Notes under the pieces: generated by a model
What the model saw: the letters and a program-made list of their open reading frames with translations, nothing else
Told to the model about the DNA's origin: nothing
Database searches by the model: none
Shown: piece after piece, positions 31,466-42,100 of the stretch
How the letters are laid out: the number at the start of each line of letters is the position of its first letter
How positions within the stretch are numbered: the stretch's first letter is position 1
From: Myxococcota bacterium
GTDB lineage: Bacteria; Myxococcota_A; Polyangia; Polyangiales; Sandaracinaceae
Length of the DNA: 64,000 nucleotides
Direction: 5' to 3'
Assembly: GCA_036149055.1 (NCBI GenBank)
Contig: JAYZQJ010000081.1
Span: 1-64,000 of the forward strand
Program-made: the position numbers and the translations under genes

Positions 31466-32977
31466 ATGGGGAGAGCGTTGAGCGGCACGAGAATCCATCA
31501 TGCCACAGCGTGGACGCGCGGCGTCGGCGTGGTCGTGTGGCTGGCGGTGGTCAGCCCCACGCTGGCGCTCTGGTGGGCGGCGGGGCGCGAGCTGGAGGAG
31601 AGCGCGCGCCAGGCGGCGGAGGGGCACGCCGTCGATCAGGCGAGGCGCCTCGAGGACTTCGTGGCCGCGCGCGTGGTCGCCGGCGCCGCCCTGGCGAGGG
31701 CGCTCGAGCTCGACCCGCCGACCACGGAGGCGGACTTCGCGGCTCCGTCCCGGGCGCTGCTCGGCGAGCTCGAGGGGCTGCGCGCGCTGAACTGGGTCGC
31801 GCCCGACGGCACCATCGTGTGGGTTCAGCCGGAGGCCGCCAACGCCGACGCGAGCGAGCAAAACGTGCTGCGCCACCCGAGGGCGGCCGGGCCGGCGGGC
31901 GACGCGATCCGCTCGCACCGTCCGCGGCGCACCCCGTTCCTGCGGCTGTTCCAGGGCGGGACCGGCTTCGCGGTGTACTTCCCCGTGCTCGAGGCGGGGC
32001 GGCTGCGCGGGCTGCTCAACGCGGTCTTCGATCTCGAGGGGCTGGCGGCCGTGCTGAGTCACGCGCGCGGCGGCGCCATCCGGCTGCGCGAGGGCGGAGA
32101 GATCGTCTACCGCACCGAAGGCGAGCCGGTCGACGCGCCGGCCCTGGCCACCCGCTCCCTCTTCCTGCTCGACGAGCCGGTGCAGCTCGAGGTGACGCGC
32201 GCGCCCGGGGCCAGCCCGCACGGCTGGGTGCGCCACCTCCTGCTCGCGCTCGGCGCCCTGCTCGGGCTCTTCGCCGCCGGCCGGGTGAGCCGCTGGGTGG
32301 CCCGCAACCAGGCGGTGCGCGCGCGGCTCTCCCGGGAGCGCCGGAGCAAAGCCGAGCTGCGCGGCCTCTCGCGGGCGCTGATCGAGGCGCAGGAGCGGGA
32401 GCGCGCCCACCTCGCGCGCGAGCTGCACGACGAGGTCGGGCAGTCCCTCACCCTCGCCAAGCTGGTGGCCGCCGAGGCGCGGCAGGGGCACCTGAGCGAG
32501 CTGGACGCGCTCGAGCGCTCGGTGGACGAGGCGCTCGAGGCGGTGCGCCGGATCTCCCGCGACCTGCACCCGAACGTGCTCCGCGACCTCGGGCTCGTGC
32601 CGGGCCTGCGCGCGCTGGTCCTGAAGGTCGAGGCGCGCACGCACGTGACGATCGAGGGGCGGTGGCCGGCCCGGGTGGACGTGCCCGAGGCGACCGCGCT
32701 GTGCCTCTACCGGGTGGCGCAGGAGGCGATCACGAACGCGCTGAAGCACGCGTCCCCGTCGCGGGTCGAGGTCAAGCTGGAGGAGACCGAGGACGGCCTG
32801 ATGCTGCGGGTCGAGGACGACGGCGTCGGCTTCGACGGCCCCGCGCCCCAGGGCACGACCGGCCTCACGAGCATGAGAGAGCGCGCCGCGATGTGCGGCG
32901 GTCGGCTCTCGATCGACGGCCGCCCCGGCGCGGGCACCACGGTGACGCTGCGACTGCCACGCCAGGCGACCCATTGA
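31466..32977 (+). CDS. Membrane sensor histidine kinase (CHASE-like sensor, HisKA_3)
   Basis: Two TM helices flank a periplasmic region (RLFQGGTGFAVYFPV); ARELHDEVGQ, QEAITNALKH, DDGVGF. Confidence 0.9.
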   Translation: MGRALSGTRIHHATAWTRGVGVVVWLAVVSPTLALWWAAGRELEESARQAAEGHAVDQARRLEDFVAARVVAGAALARALELDPPTTEADFAAPSRALLGELEGLRALNWVAPDGTIVWVQPEAANADASEQNVLRHPRAAGPAGDAIRSHRPRRTPFLRLFQGGTGFAVYFPVLEAGRLRGLLNAVFDLEGLAAVLSHARGGAIRLREGGEIVYRTEGEPVDAPALATRSLFLLDEPVQLEVTRAPGASPHGWVRHLLLALGALLGLFAAGRVSRWVARNQAVRARLSRERRSKAELRGLSRALIEAQERERAHLARELHDEVGQSLTLAKLVAAEARQGHLSELDALERSVDEALEAVRRISRDLHPNVLRDLGLVPGLRALVLKVEARTHVTIEGRWPARVDVPEATALCLYRVAQEAITNALKHASPSRVEVKLEETEDGLMLRVEDDGVGFDGPAPQGTTGLTSMRERAAMCGGRLSIDGRPGAGTTVTLRLPRQATH

Positions 32978-33050
32978 AACTTTGCGCCCCCGCGCGCGTC
33001 GGAGCCCAGGGAATACGGCGCCCCGCGTGTCCGTACGCTCGATGGCCTCC

Positions 33051-33824
33051 ATGCGCACGACCCTCGCCTTCTGCCTCGCGCTCGCCCTCCCCCTCTCGGC
33101 CCACGCCCAGGAGGGCGTGCTGATGACCGGCCTCGGCGGGCCGGCCGGCTACGGCGAGGGGGTGCTCGAGTACAACGACGACGGGTCGAGCGCCGAGATC
33201 GACATCACCGCCGCGTTCCCGAACGGGCTGGAGTACTTCGGTCAGCGCTTCCGCTCGATGTACGTGAACAACAACGGCAACATCACCTTCGGCGGGCCGA
33301 CCGGCACCTACACGCCGCAGCGCTTCCCGCTCAACGGCAACCGCATGATCGCGCCGTTCTGGGGCGACGTGGACACCCGCGGCGGCGGCCGCCCGGCGCG
33401 CAACGGCGTCTACTGGGACATCTCCCCGGGCCGGGTCGTCGTCACCTGGCACAACGTCGGCTTCTACTCGCAGAGCAACTCCCGCGAGAACACCTTCCAG
33501 CTCGTCATCCTCTCCAACGAGCTGCTCGATCAGGACGATCTCTGGCGGGTGCAGTTCCGCTACGCCCGCTGCGAGTGGACGACCGGCAACGCGAGCGGCG
33601 GCAGCGGCGGGCTCGGGGGGACTCCGGCGCAGGCGGGCTTCGACGCCGGCAACGGCCGCGTCTTCGAGATCCTCCCCGGCTCCGGCAGCGCGGCGGTCCT
33701 GAGCCTCTGCGGCACGTCGAACGTCGGCGTGAACGGCATCTGGGAGTTCGACATCTACCGGGGCACCCCCCAGGTCGCGAACCCGAACGAGCCCCAGGTC
33801 GAGACCCAGGACTTCTCCCGGTGA
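33051..33824 (+). CDS. Secreted NIDO (nidogen-like) domain protein
   Basis: Signal peptide ending AHA; YVNNNGNITF, IAPFWGDVDTR, VTW..VG, NTFQL and AQAGFDAG. Confidence 0.85.
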   Translation: MRTTLAFCLALALPLSAHAQEGVLMTGLGGPAGYGEGVLEYNDDGSSAEIDITAAFPNGLEYFGQRFRSMYVNNNGNITFGGPTGTYTPQRFPLNGNRMIAPFWGDVDTRGGGRPARNGVYWDISPGRVVVTWHNVGFYSQSNSRENTFQLVILSNELLDQDDLWRVQFRYARCEWTTGNASGGSGGLGGTPAQAGFDAGNGRVFEILPGSGSAAVLSLCGTSNVGVNGIWEFDIYRGTPQVANPNEPQVETQDFSR

Positions 33825-33827
33825 GCC

Positions 33828-34397
33828 TCACGCGGGCGGGAACAGCCGCCCGACGTCCAGCTCGATCGCCTCGAACGGCGCCACCCTCACGACGTCGCCG
33901 TCGCTGAAGGCGCCGAGCCGGAACCACCCTCCATCTCGGAGCGCGAACGCTTCGAGCAGCCGCTCCACCGGATCGACGATCCAGTAATGCGGGACGTCGA
34001 CGCGAGCGTAGAGGTCGGCTTTGGTGAGCCGGTCGTGCTTCGCGTTCGACGGCGAGAGGATCTCACAGACCCAGTCCGGGACGATGGCGATCGGGCGCTC
34101 CTCCCACGGCTCGGCGAGGCGATCGCGCCGCCAGCCCGAGACATCTGGTCGGACCACGTCGTGCGGGCCGAGCTCGTCGTCCACGTCGGGCAGAATCCAC
34201 CAGCCGCCCGGGCCGTCGAATCCGTCGTCGTCGTCGAACGGGCCGCCCACGAAGCGCCCGATCGCGCGCGCGATCCGGCTGTGGCGGGGGAGGGGCGAGG
34301 GCATGACCCGCACCTCTCCGGCGACGACCTCGGCGCGCACGTCCTCGGGGAGTCGCCGGAGGTCGTCGTAGGTCGCGAGCTTGCGCGCCGGGTCCAC
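33828..34397 (-). CDS. Uma2 family (DUF820) putative endonuclease
   Basis: ATYDDL, RPDVSGW, PDWVCEILSPS, K..LY and YWIVDP. Confidence 0.9.
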   Translation of the reverse strand: MDPARKLATYDDLRRLPEDVRAEVVAGEVRVMPSPLPRHSRIARAIGRFVGGPFDDDDGFDGPGGWWILPDVDDELGPHDVVRPDVSGWRRDRLAEPWEERPIAIVPDWVCEILSPSNAKHDRLTKADLYARVDVPHYWIVDPVERLLEAFALRDGGWFRLGAFSDGDVVRVAPFEAIELDVGRLFPPA

Positions 34398-34415
34398 CCC
34401 CCGACGGTAAGTCGC

Positions 34416-35173
34416 TCAGAAGGAGCCGTCGAGGATCAGGCTCGGGCCTCGGAGGCGCAGTGAGGCGCTCGGCGCGTCGGGGCTCTCGGCGGTCACGAGG
34501 TCGACGACCACGAGCGTGGCCGCGCCCGCGGCCGCGACGCCGGCGACGATGTAGAGAGCCAGGGCCGCGTCCGCCGCCTCGCGGGCCGCCTCGAGGCGAC
34601 GGTGCTCCTCGCTCCCGCGCACCACCTGCGGCGGGGTCCCGAGCTGGGCCCGCAGATCGTCGAAGGTGGCCTGGGCGTCGAGCGCCAGGATCAAGCCGGC
34701 GGCGAAGCTCCCGGCGGCGAGCGCCGCGGTGCCCACGCCGACCCAGAGGAGGGTGTGGTCGTCCTCCCGCGGGGGCGGCTCGGACGACTCGGGGGGCAGC
34801 GGCGTGACCGCGACCTCGGGCTCCTCTTCTTCTTCCTCTTCCTCGAGCGCCAGCTCGCGCTCGAGCTCTCCGACCCGCCGCTGCGCGTAGGCCTGGTATC
34901 GCCCGGTGTCGTCGTCGCGGGCGCAGGTCCGGTAGGCCCGCACCGCCCGGTCGCGGTGCCCACCCCAGCGATCGTAGGTCAGCGCCAGGTTGCACATCGT
35001 CGTCACGCGCGGCGCGAGGCGATAGGACTCCCGGAAGGCCGCGGCGGCCTCCTCGTAGCGCTCCTGCCGGAGCAGCTCGACCCCCTCGTCGAAGCGGGCC
35101 ACCGAGGCGTCGGTCTGCTCCTGCGCCAGCGTCGGCGCGGCGACCAGCAGGGTGAGGGCGAAGGCGAGGCTTC

Positions 35174-35177
<4 letters not shown>
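34416..35177 (-). CDS. Secreted TPR protein with C-terminal membrane helices
   Basis: Signal peptide, TPR (YEEAAAAFRESY), acidic linker, two TM helices; overlaps the kinase stop. Confidence 0.8.
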
Positions 35178-36628
<1,451 letters not shown>

Positions 36629-36704
36629 CGGGTGAGGAGGGAAGGTAGCAGACCGACGGGGAGCGCCAATCGACGGCGCCCGGTTCGATGATACCGTCTC
36701 CGCC

Positions 36705-38081
36705 GTGCGAGTCGCGTGCTTCTGCGTGTTTCTCCTGTCGGCCTGCGTGCCGGGATCGGACGACTTCCGGATCGTCGACGACGGCGGCGTCTCGTCGGAC
36801 GCCGGCCCGCGCCCGGACGCCGGAGGCATGGACGGCGGCCCGGACGGAGGCCCGGACGGAGGCGGCTCGGATGGAGGCGACGACGCGGGCCCCGGCTTCG
36901 TGCCGACCGCGCTCGACGTCGTGTGCACCGAGCTCTGGGCCACGGCGGCCGGCGGCGGGCCCTGCGAGGGGCGCGAGGTCGTCACGGTGGCCTCCCCCTT
37001 CGACAGCCTCGACGTCGCCCTCGCCCGCGCCGCCGACGGCCAGATCGTGGTCGCCTACAACCAGCGCGACGGCTTCGACTTCGGGCGCATCGCGACGGTG
37101 ACCTTCCCCGAGGACGACGCGGCGACCGCGGCCACGCCCGGCCCGACCATCGAGCCCGAGTCGACCATCGGCGACGTCGTGGGCATCGACCTCGACTTCG
37201 CCACCGAGCCTCCCGACATCCACCACCTCGCCTACTGGCTGCGCTCCGACTTCGGCCACGAGGTGCGCTACCAGCGCCTGCGCCGCGGCGCCTTCAGCCC
37301 GGTCCAGTCCATCGCAACCGGCGTCGGGCGTGACGGCGTGGTCGACGTGGAGATCGACAGCGACCGGCTCGCGACCGTCGCCTGGCACGACGACGTCAGC
37401 GGGGAGAACGCGGCCCGCCGCGAGCGCCCCGACGAGACCTTCTCGCCCATCGTGAACCTCCGGACCGACGGCGACTCCCGCATCGAGGGCGCCGGCGCGG
37501 TGGCGCTCCACCCGGGCCGCGCGGGCCGGATGCACATGGCCTATCAGTGGAGCATCTCGCTGGCGGCGAGCGCGCCGTCCTACAACCTCGCGACCAGCAC
37601 GATGTGGTCGACCGCGCGGACGCTGGACAACCAGGCGGTGGCCAACCGGGCCTCGGGCGTCGGCGTGGAGCTGACGCTGCTCGACGAGGAGGTCGTGGTC
37701 GCCTACCTCGACTGGATCGACGGGGTCGGCGAGATCCGATTCGCGCGCTTCGTCTCGGACGACGTGACGACCGAGGTCTACCTCGACGGGCTCAACATCG
37801 CGGACCGGCCCGGGGACCACCCGATCGTGATCGACACCGACGCCGCCGGGCTGCTCCAGCTCCTCGTCGCGGACGCGTCGGTGGCCGGCACGCGCCTGCA
37901 GTGGCATCGCCAGACGCGGGTGGGCGGCGAGACGCGGTGGATCGTCGACACGATCGCCGAGATCATGGCTCCGCCCGCGCTCGTGCACGTCGACATGAAG
38001 CTGGGACCCGACCGCAGACCGCACGTCGTCTTCTGGGACCCCACGCGCGGCGAGCTCCGGTACGCGACCGCGCGCCCCTGA
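36705..38081 (+). CDS. Lipoprotein, probable beta-propeller
   Basis: Lipobox LLSAC, DAG/DGG linker, repeated h-h-A-Y/W strands (e.g. RPHVVFWD..GELRYA). Confidence 0.75.
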   Translation: MRVACFCVFLLSACVPGSDDFRIVDDGGVSSDAGPRPDAGGMDGGPDGGPDGGGSDGGDDAGPGFVPTALDVVCTELWATAAGGGPCEGREVVTVASPFDSLDVALARAADGQIVVAYNQRDGFDFGRIATVTFPEDDAATAATPGPTIEPESTIGDVVGIDLDFATEPPDIHHLAYWLRSDFGHEVRYQRLRRGAFSPVQSIATGVGRDGVVDVEIDSDRLATVAWHDDVSGENAARRERPDETFSPIVNLRTDGDSRIEGAGAVALHPGRAGRMHMAYQWSISLAASAPSYNLATSTMWSTARTLDNQAVANRASGVGVELTLLDEEVVVAYLDWIDGVGEIRFARFVSDDVTTEVYLDGLNIADRPGDHPIVIDTDAAGLLQLLVADASVAGTRLQWHRQTRVGGETRWIVDTIAEIMAPPALVHVDMKLGPDRRPHVVFWDPTRGELRYATARP

Positions 38082-38164
38082 CCTCGAGGAGGCACGCCCT
38101 CCCATGGTGGGGCGTGCGCGAGGTTCCGTTGCACCGCTGACGTTTTCGTAACCGCGGTGACGGC

Positions 38165-38177
38165 GTGCCACTGGCAC
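38165..38177. promoter_or_regulatory. Palindrome GTGCCA-C-TGGCAC, candidate enhancer-binding-protein site
   Basis: Perfect 6-bp arms about 130 bp upstream of the sigma54 box. Confidence 0.35.
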
Positions 38178-38305
38178 AGCCCCGTGAGCGGGAGTGACGC
38201 CGCGTGTGAACCGCGGTCCTCGATCGTCCCTTGCAACGGGGAGACGACGCCGCGCACCGAGAGGAAAGAGCCGCGGAGACGACCGGCGCCCTTCGCCCGA
38301 CCGAT

Positions 38306-38321
38306 CGGCACGCGTCTTGCC
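38306..38321 (+). promoter_or_regulatory. Sigma54 -24/-12 promoter
   Basis: CGGCACGCGTCTTGCC matches TGGCACG-N4-TTGC. Confidence 0.7.
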
Positions 38322-38378
38322 AAGCACGTTGTCAGTCACGTCGGCGGCGCGACGGCCGCGGACCACGGGAGGGAAACC

Positions 38379-39083
38379 ATGAGACATGCACTCTTCATCT
38401 TCACGATCCTGACGCTCGGCTGCGCGGCGGAGACCGGCGCCACCTCGGTGGAGGACGAGCTCCACGCGGGAGAGCCCGCGGACGCGCACGACGCGGTCGT
38501 CGCGGTGGTCCACGGCGAGGGGGACGACGCCGAGCTCTGCACGGGGACGGCCATCGGCCCCTACGCGGTGGTCACGGCGCGGCGCTGCGTCGGTGAGGGC
38601 CCCTTGCACGTGGTGAGCGGCGACGACGCGCGCTTCGGGCGGTGGCACGAGGTCGAGTCGGTGCTCGACGGCGGCGCGCTCTCGGTCCTCGTGACCCGCA
38701 CGCCGCTCGAGCAGGCGGCGTCCCCGGGCTTCGAGGCCGTCCTCGAGGACGACGCGGTGACCGTGGTCGGCATGGGCATCAGCGGCCCCGGCGGCTCCGA
38801 GATCGGCGTGCGCCGCCAGGCGGAGATGCAGGTCGCGGCGGTCCGCGAGGACGCGCTCTGGACGCGGAGCGACGGCGGCTCCCTCTGCTACGGCGACGTC
38901 GGCGCGGCGCTGCTCGACGCGGACGGACGACTCCTCGCGGTGGCCTCGCCCCGCGACGAGGGCTGCACGCGCACCGAGCTGGTCCGCTGGATCCGCGTGG
39001 TCAGCGAGCAGCGCTTCCTCGAGGACGCGCGCGAGGCGCGACCGGTGGACGCCATCCCGATCCAGGACCCGCCCACCGGATGA
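38379..39083 (+). CDS. Trypsin-like (S1) protease homologue, catalytically inactive lipoprotein
   Basis: Lipobox TLGC; CTGTAIGPYAVVTARRC and LCYGDVGAAL are degenerate TAAHC and GDSGGP motifs; GGGAGG RBS. Confidence 0.75.
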   Translation: MRHALFIFTILTLGCAAETGATSVEDELHAGEPADAHDAVVAVVHGEGDDAELCTGTAIGPYAVVTARRCVGEGPLHVVSGDDARFGRWHEVESVLDGGALSVLVTRTPLEQAASPGFEAVLEDDAVTVVGMGISGPGGSEIGVRRQAEMQVAAVREDALWTRSDGGSLCYGDVGAALLDADGRLLAVASPRDEGCTRTELVRWIRVVSEQRFLEDAREARPVDAIPIQDPPTG

Positions 39084-39088
39084 GCCGG

Positions 39089-40174
39089 TCAGTCCGCGAT
39101 CAGGCGCCAGGCGTCGGTGACCGGCGCGCTGACGCCGTTGCCGCCGACCACCGACGCGAGGGCGCCGGGGCCGCCGGGGAGCGCGTACGAGAAGCCCCGC
39201 GGGCTCGGCCCCTCGAAGGGCACCTCGAGCTCGGTCCAGGTCAGCGCGTCGAGGTCGGCGTGGAAGAGATCGCCGATCGGCCGCATCTCCCCGTCGTAGC
39301 CGAAGCCGACGTAGAGGCCGGCGCCGGTCGGGTCCCAGGTGACCCACGGGGTGCGCCGGCCGCTCGGGCCCTCGGGGAGCGCGAGCTCGGTCCACGAATT
39401 CGTCTCGGGATCGAGGCGCCAGAGATCGGCGTAGAACGCGCGCCCGCGCGCCCCGACCGAGCCGCCGAAGAGGTAGAGCGCGTCGCCGTCCGGGGCGGGG
39501 AAGAGCGCGGCGTCGTAGCGGGCGACCGGGCCGCCTGTGGCGACCTCGACCCAGGCCCCGGCCGCGGCGTCGAAGCGATGCAGGGCCGCGCTCACCCCGG
39601 AGCCGTTGGCGCCGCCGAAGAGATACATGGCGCCGCGCGCGTAGCCCATCGCGCAGCCGAGGGTGGTCGCGTGCTGGGTCGCGCCCTCGATGCGGGTCCA
39701 CGTCGGCCCGGCGGGATCGAGCTCCCAGGTCTCCGGGTCGAACGCGTTGACCGTCAGGTCGCGACCGCCGTAGACGAGCAGCCGCTCCCGATCCGGGTCC
39801 CAGGCCGCGCAGCCGCAGTAGCGGGGCGCCGGCCCGGTGGCCTCGATGCGCTCGGCGGTGAGCGTCTCGCCGGCGCTCACCCGCCAGACGTCGGCGAACA
39901 CCTCGCCGCCCAGGCGCCCGACGTTGGTCCCGCCGACCACGTAGGCCTGGCGATCGTCGACCCGGGCCACCAGCGTGCCCCAGAGCCCCCAGGGCCCGTC
40001 GCCCTCGGGAGTGGCGGGATCGAAGCGCACCGCGCTCGGGTCGAAGGCGACCCCGGCGTCGGGCGGGCCCGCGTCGGCCGACGCGTCGGGCGGCGTCGCC
40101 GCGTCGAGCGGCGCGGCGCCGTCATCACACGCGGTGAGGAGGAGGAGCAGGGCGAAGGTCGATCGAAGCGTCAT
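39089..40174 (-). CDS. Kelch-repeat lipoprotein
   Basis: Lipobox LLTAC; repeated YLFGG...DLWRLD..W units. Confidence 0.85.
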   Translation of the reverse strand: MTLRSTFALLLLLTACDDGAAPLDAATPPDASADAGPPDAGVAFDPSAVRFDPATPEGDGPWGLWGTLVARVDDRQAYVVGGTNVGRLGGEVFADVWRVSAGETLTAERIEATGPAPRYCGCAAWDPDRERLLVYGGRDLTVNAFDPETWELDPAGPTWTRIEGATQHATTLGCAMGYARGAMYLFGGANGSGVSAALHRFDAAAGAWVEVATGGPVARYDAALFPAPDGDALYLFGGSVGARGRAFYADLWRLDPETNSWTELALPEGPSGRRTPWVTWDPTGAGLYVGFGYDGEMRPIGDLFHADLDALTWTELEVPFEGPSPRGFSYALPGGPGALASVVGGNGVSAPVTDAWRLIAD

Positions 40175-40296
40175 GGCGCGCGCATCTAGCACCGACCATA
40201 CCGCGACGGTCTCGCTCGGAGGCGCGGCGCGCGGCGAGGTCGGGGCGGGGTGGGCGTGCCCTCCGGAACGCTCCCCTCGTGACACGGATCGCCCGT

Positions 40297-41574
40297 TCAG
40301 AGCTGCTCGGCGAAGAGCCCGCGCTCGACCGCCGCGTAGTCCACCTCGACGTCCATGCGCGCGAGCACCGAGTAGAAGCCGAACTGGAGCCGGTTCATCA
40401 GGGCCATGCCCTCGGGGAGCGGGACCATCTCGTCCTTCTTGGTCTTCAGCCCCTCCACCGCGCCCTTCACCATGCCGTCGACCAGGGAGCCGGCGTACTC
40501 CCGGGTGATGCGGTAGGGCGACTCGGAGAGCGGCAGGAAGCAGCGCTCGAGGTAGTCGAGCACCAGCGCCTCGAACGCGCCGCCGTTCGTCTGCATCATC
40601 ACCTTGCCCGCCTCGCGGAAGGCGGCCCGGTCCCCCGCGATCGCCGCCTGGTGCACCCGCTTCGCCACCTCGCGCCGGGCCACCGGGAGCTGCACCACGC
40701 AGCCGTAGTCGATGGCGGTGACGCGCCCGCCCTCGTGGAAGAAGAAGTTTCCGGGGTGCGGGTCGGCGTTGAAGTGCCCGCCCTGGAGGCTGGAGCGGAA
40801 CACGAAGGCCCAGAGCGCCTCGGCCCAGGCCCGCCGGTCGGCCTCCGGGGCCGCGCACGCCTCCTCGAACGAGAGGCCGCGGACCCGCTCGCTCGTCATC
40901 ACCCGGCGGGCGCTGCGCTCGCCGATCACGCGGGGGACGAGGATGCGCGGATCGTGAGCGTGCATCTCCCGGAAGAGGCGCTGACGCTCCGCCTCGAGGC
41001 CGTAATCGAGCTCCTCGCGGAAGTGCCGGTCGAGCTCCTCCATGACCCGCTTCGCCTCGAACTTGGCGCCGATCATCGCGCTCTTGAGGCCGCCCATGAC
41101 GCGCATGTTCTTCAGGTCGTGATCGACCGCGCGCTCGATGCCCGGGTGCTGCACCTTCACCACCACCTCGGTCCCGTCGTGCAGGGTCGCCGCGTGCACC
41201 TGCCCGATCGAGGCGCTGGCCAGCGGCGCGTCGTCGAAGGAGGCGAACAGCTCGCGGGGCGGCGCGCCCAGCTCTCGCTCGATCACATCCCGGATGGCCT
41301 CCGGCGACGAGGTCGGGGCGGCGGCGCGCAGCGTCCCGAGCGCGGCCTCGAACGCGTCGCGCTTCGACTCCGGCACGACGCCGTCCACGTAGGACGCCAT
41401 CTGCCCCATCTTCGCCGCGAGCCCGCGCATCGTCCCGAGCACCTCGGCCGCGGTCTCCGCCGCCCGCTCACCGCGCTTCTCGAGCAGGAGGCCCGCCCCG
41501 GTGCGCGCGCCGAGCCAGGTGAGCCGCGCCACGCGCGAGAGACGGCCCGAGGGGAGGTCGCGATCCGAGGTCAT
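40297..41574 (-). CDS. ABC1/AarF/UbiB family atypical kinase
   Basis: AKMGQ, ASASIGQVH, VKVQHPG, EELDY, NADPHPGNF and IDYG. Confidence 0.92.
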   Translation of the reverse strand: MTSDRDLPSGRLSRVARLTWLGARTGAGLLLEKRGERAAETAAEVLGTMRGLAAKMGQMASYVDGVVPESKRDAFEAALGTLRAAAPTSSPEAIRDVIERELGAPPRELFASFDDAPLASASIGQVHAATLHDGTEVVVKVQHPGIERAVDHDLKNMRVMGGLKSAMIGAKFEAKRVMEELDRHFREELDYGLEAERQRLFREMHAHDPRILVPRVIGERSARRVMTSERVRGLSFEEACAAPEADRRAWAEALWAFVFRSSLQGGHFNADPHPGNFFFHEGGRVTAIDYGCVVQLPVARREVAKRVHQAAIAGDRAAFREAGKVMMQTNGGAFEALVLDYLERCFLPLSESPYRITREYAGSLVDGMVKGAVEGLKTKKDEMVPLPEGMALMNRLQFGFYSVLARMDVEVDYAAVERGLFAEQL

Positions 41575-41623
41575 GCGCCCAATGTGGGGTCGGTTCGGCG
41601 CCGAATCGAGCTAAGAACAGGTG

Positions 41624-42088
41624 ATGCCCATGCCGAAACCCAACGCACACCACGCCCGCCTCGCCGCGCTCGCCGGCCGCTGGGAGGGCGAGGAGACGAT
41701 GCACCCCTCCCCCTGGGTGCCCGAGGAGCGCGTGGGGAGCGCGACGCTGGAGAACCGCGTCGGCGCGGGCGGCTTCGTGCTGGCGCAGGACTACGTGCAG
41801 CGCATGGGCGACGAGGTGACCTTCCAGGCCCACGGCGTCTTCTCGATCCACGACGGCGAGGTCCGGCTGCACTGGTGGGACGCGATGGGGATGGGGCCGG
41901 AGATCTTCCGCGGCGCCTGGGAGGGCGAGCGGCTGGTGCTCCGCGCACGGAGCCCGATGGGCCACACCCGCACCACCTGGATCGTGCGCGGCGACACCTA
42001 CGAGCACCTGATGGAGATGTCGAAGGACGGCGAGGCCTGGAGCGTGATGATGGAGGGGCGGTACCGCCGTCTACGAGCGCGCGTCTGA
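41624..42088 (+). CDS. DUF1579-like hypothetical protein
   Basis: PKPNAHH..L..LAGRWEG, GGFVL.QDY, WWDAMG and C-terminal YRR. Confidence 0.75.
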   Translation: MPMPKPNAHHARLAALAGRWEGEETMHPSPWVPEERVGSATLENRVGAGGFVLAQDYVQRMGDEVTFQAHGVFSIHDGEVRLHWWDAMGMGPEIFRGAWEGERLVLRARSPMGHTRTTWIVRGDTYEHLMEMSKDGEAWSVMMEGRYRRLRARV

Positions 42089-42100
42089 CCCTGCGTCCCA

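Noticed and set aside
33828..34397. Uma2 endonuclease as part of a defence island
   Set aside because: Uma2 genes are commonly scattered in many copies in myxobacteria, and no methylase or other defence gene is adjacent.
38092..38117. Hairpin GCACGCCC...GGGCGTGC after the lipoprotein gene
   Set aside because: An 8-bp GC stem with no U-tract; it could be a terminator but is expected by chance at this GC content.
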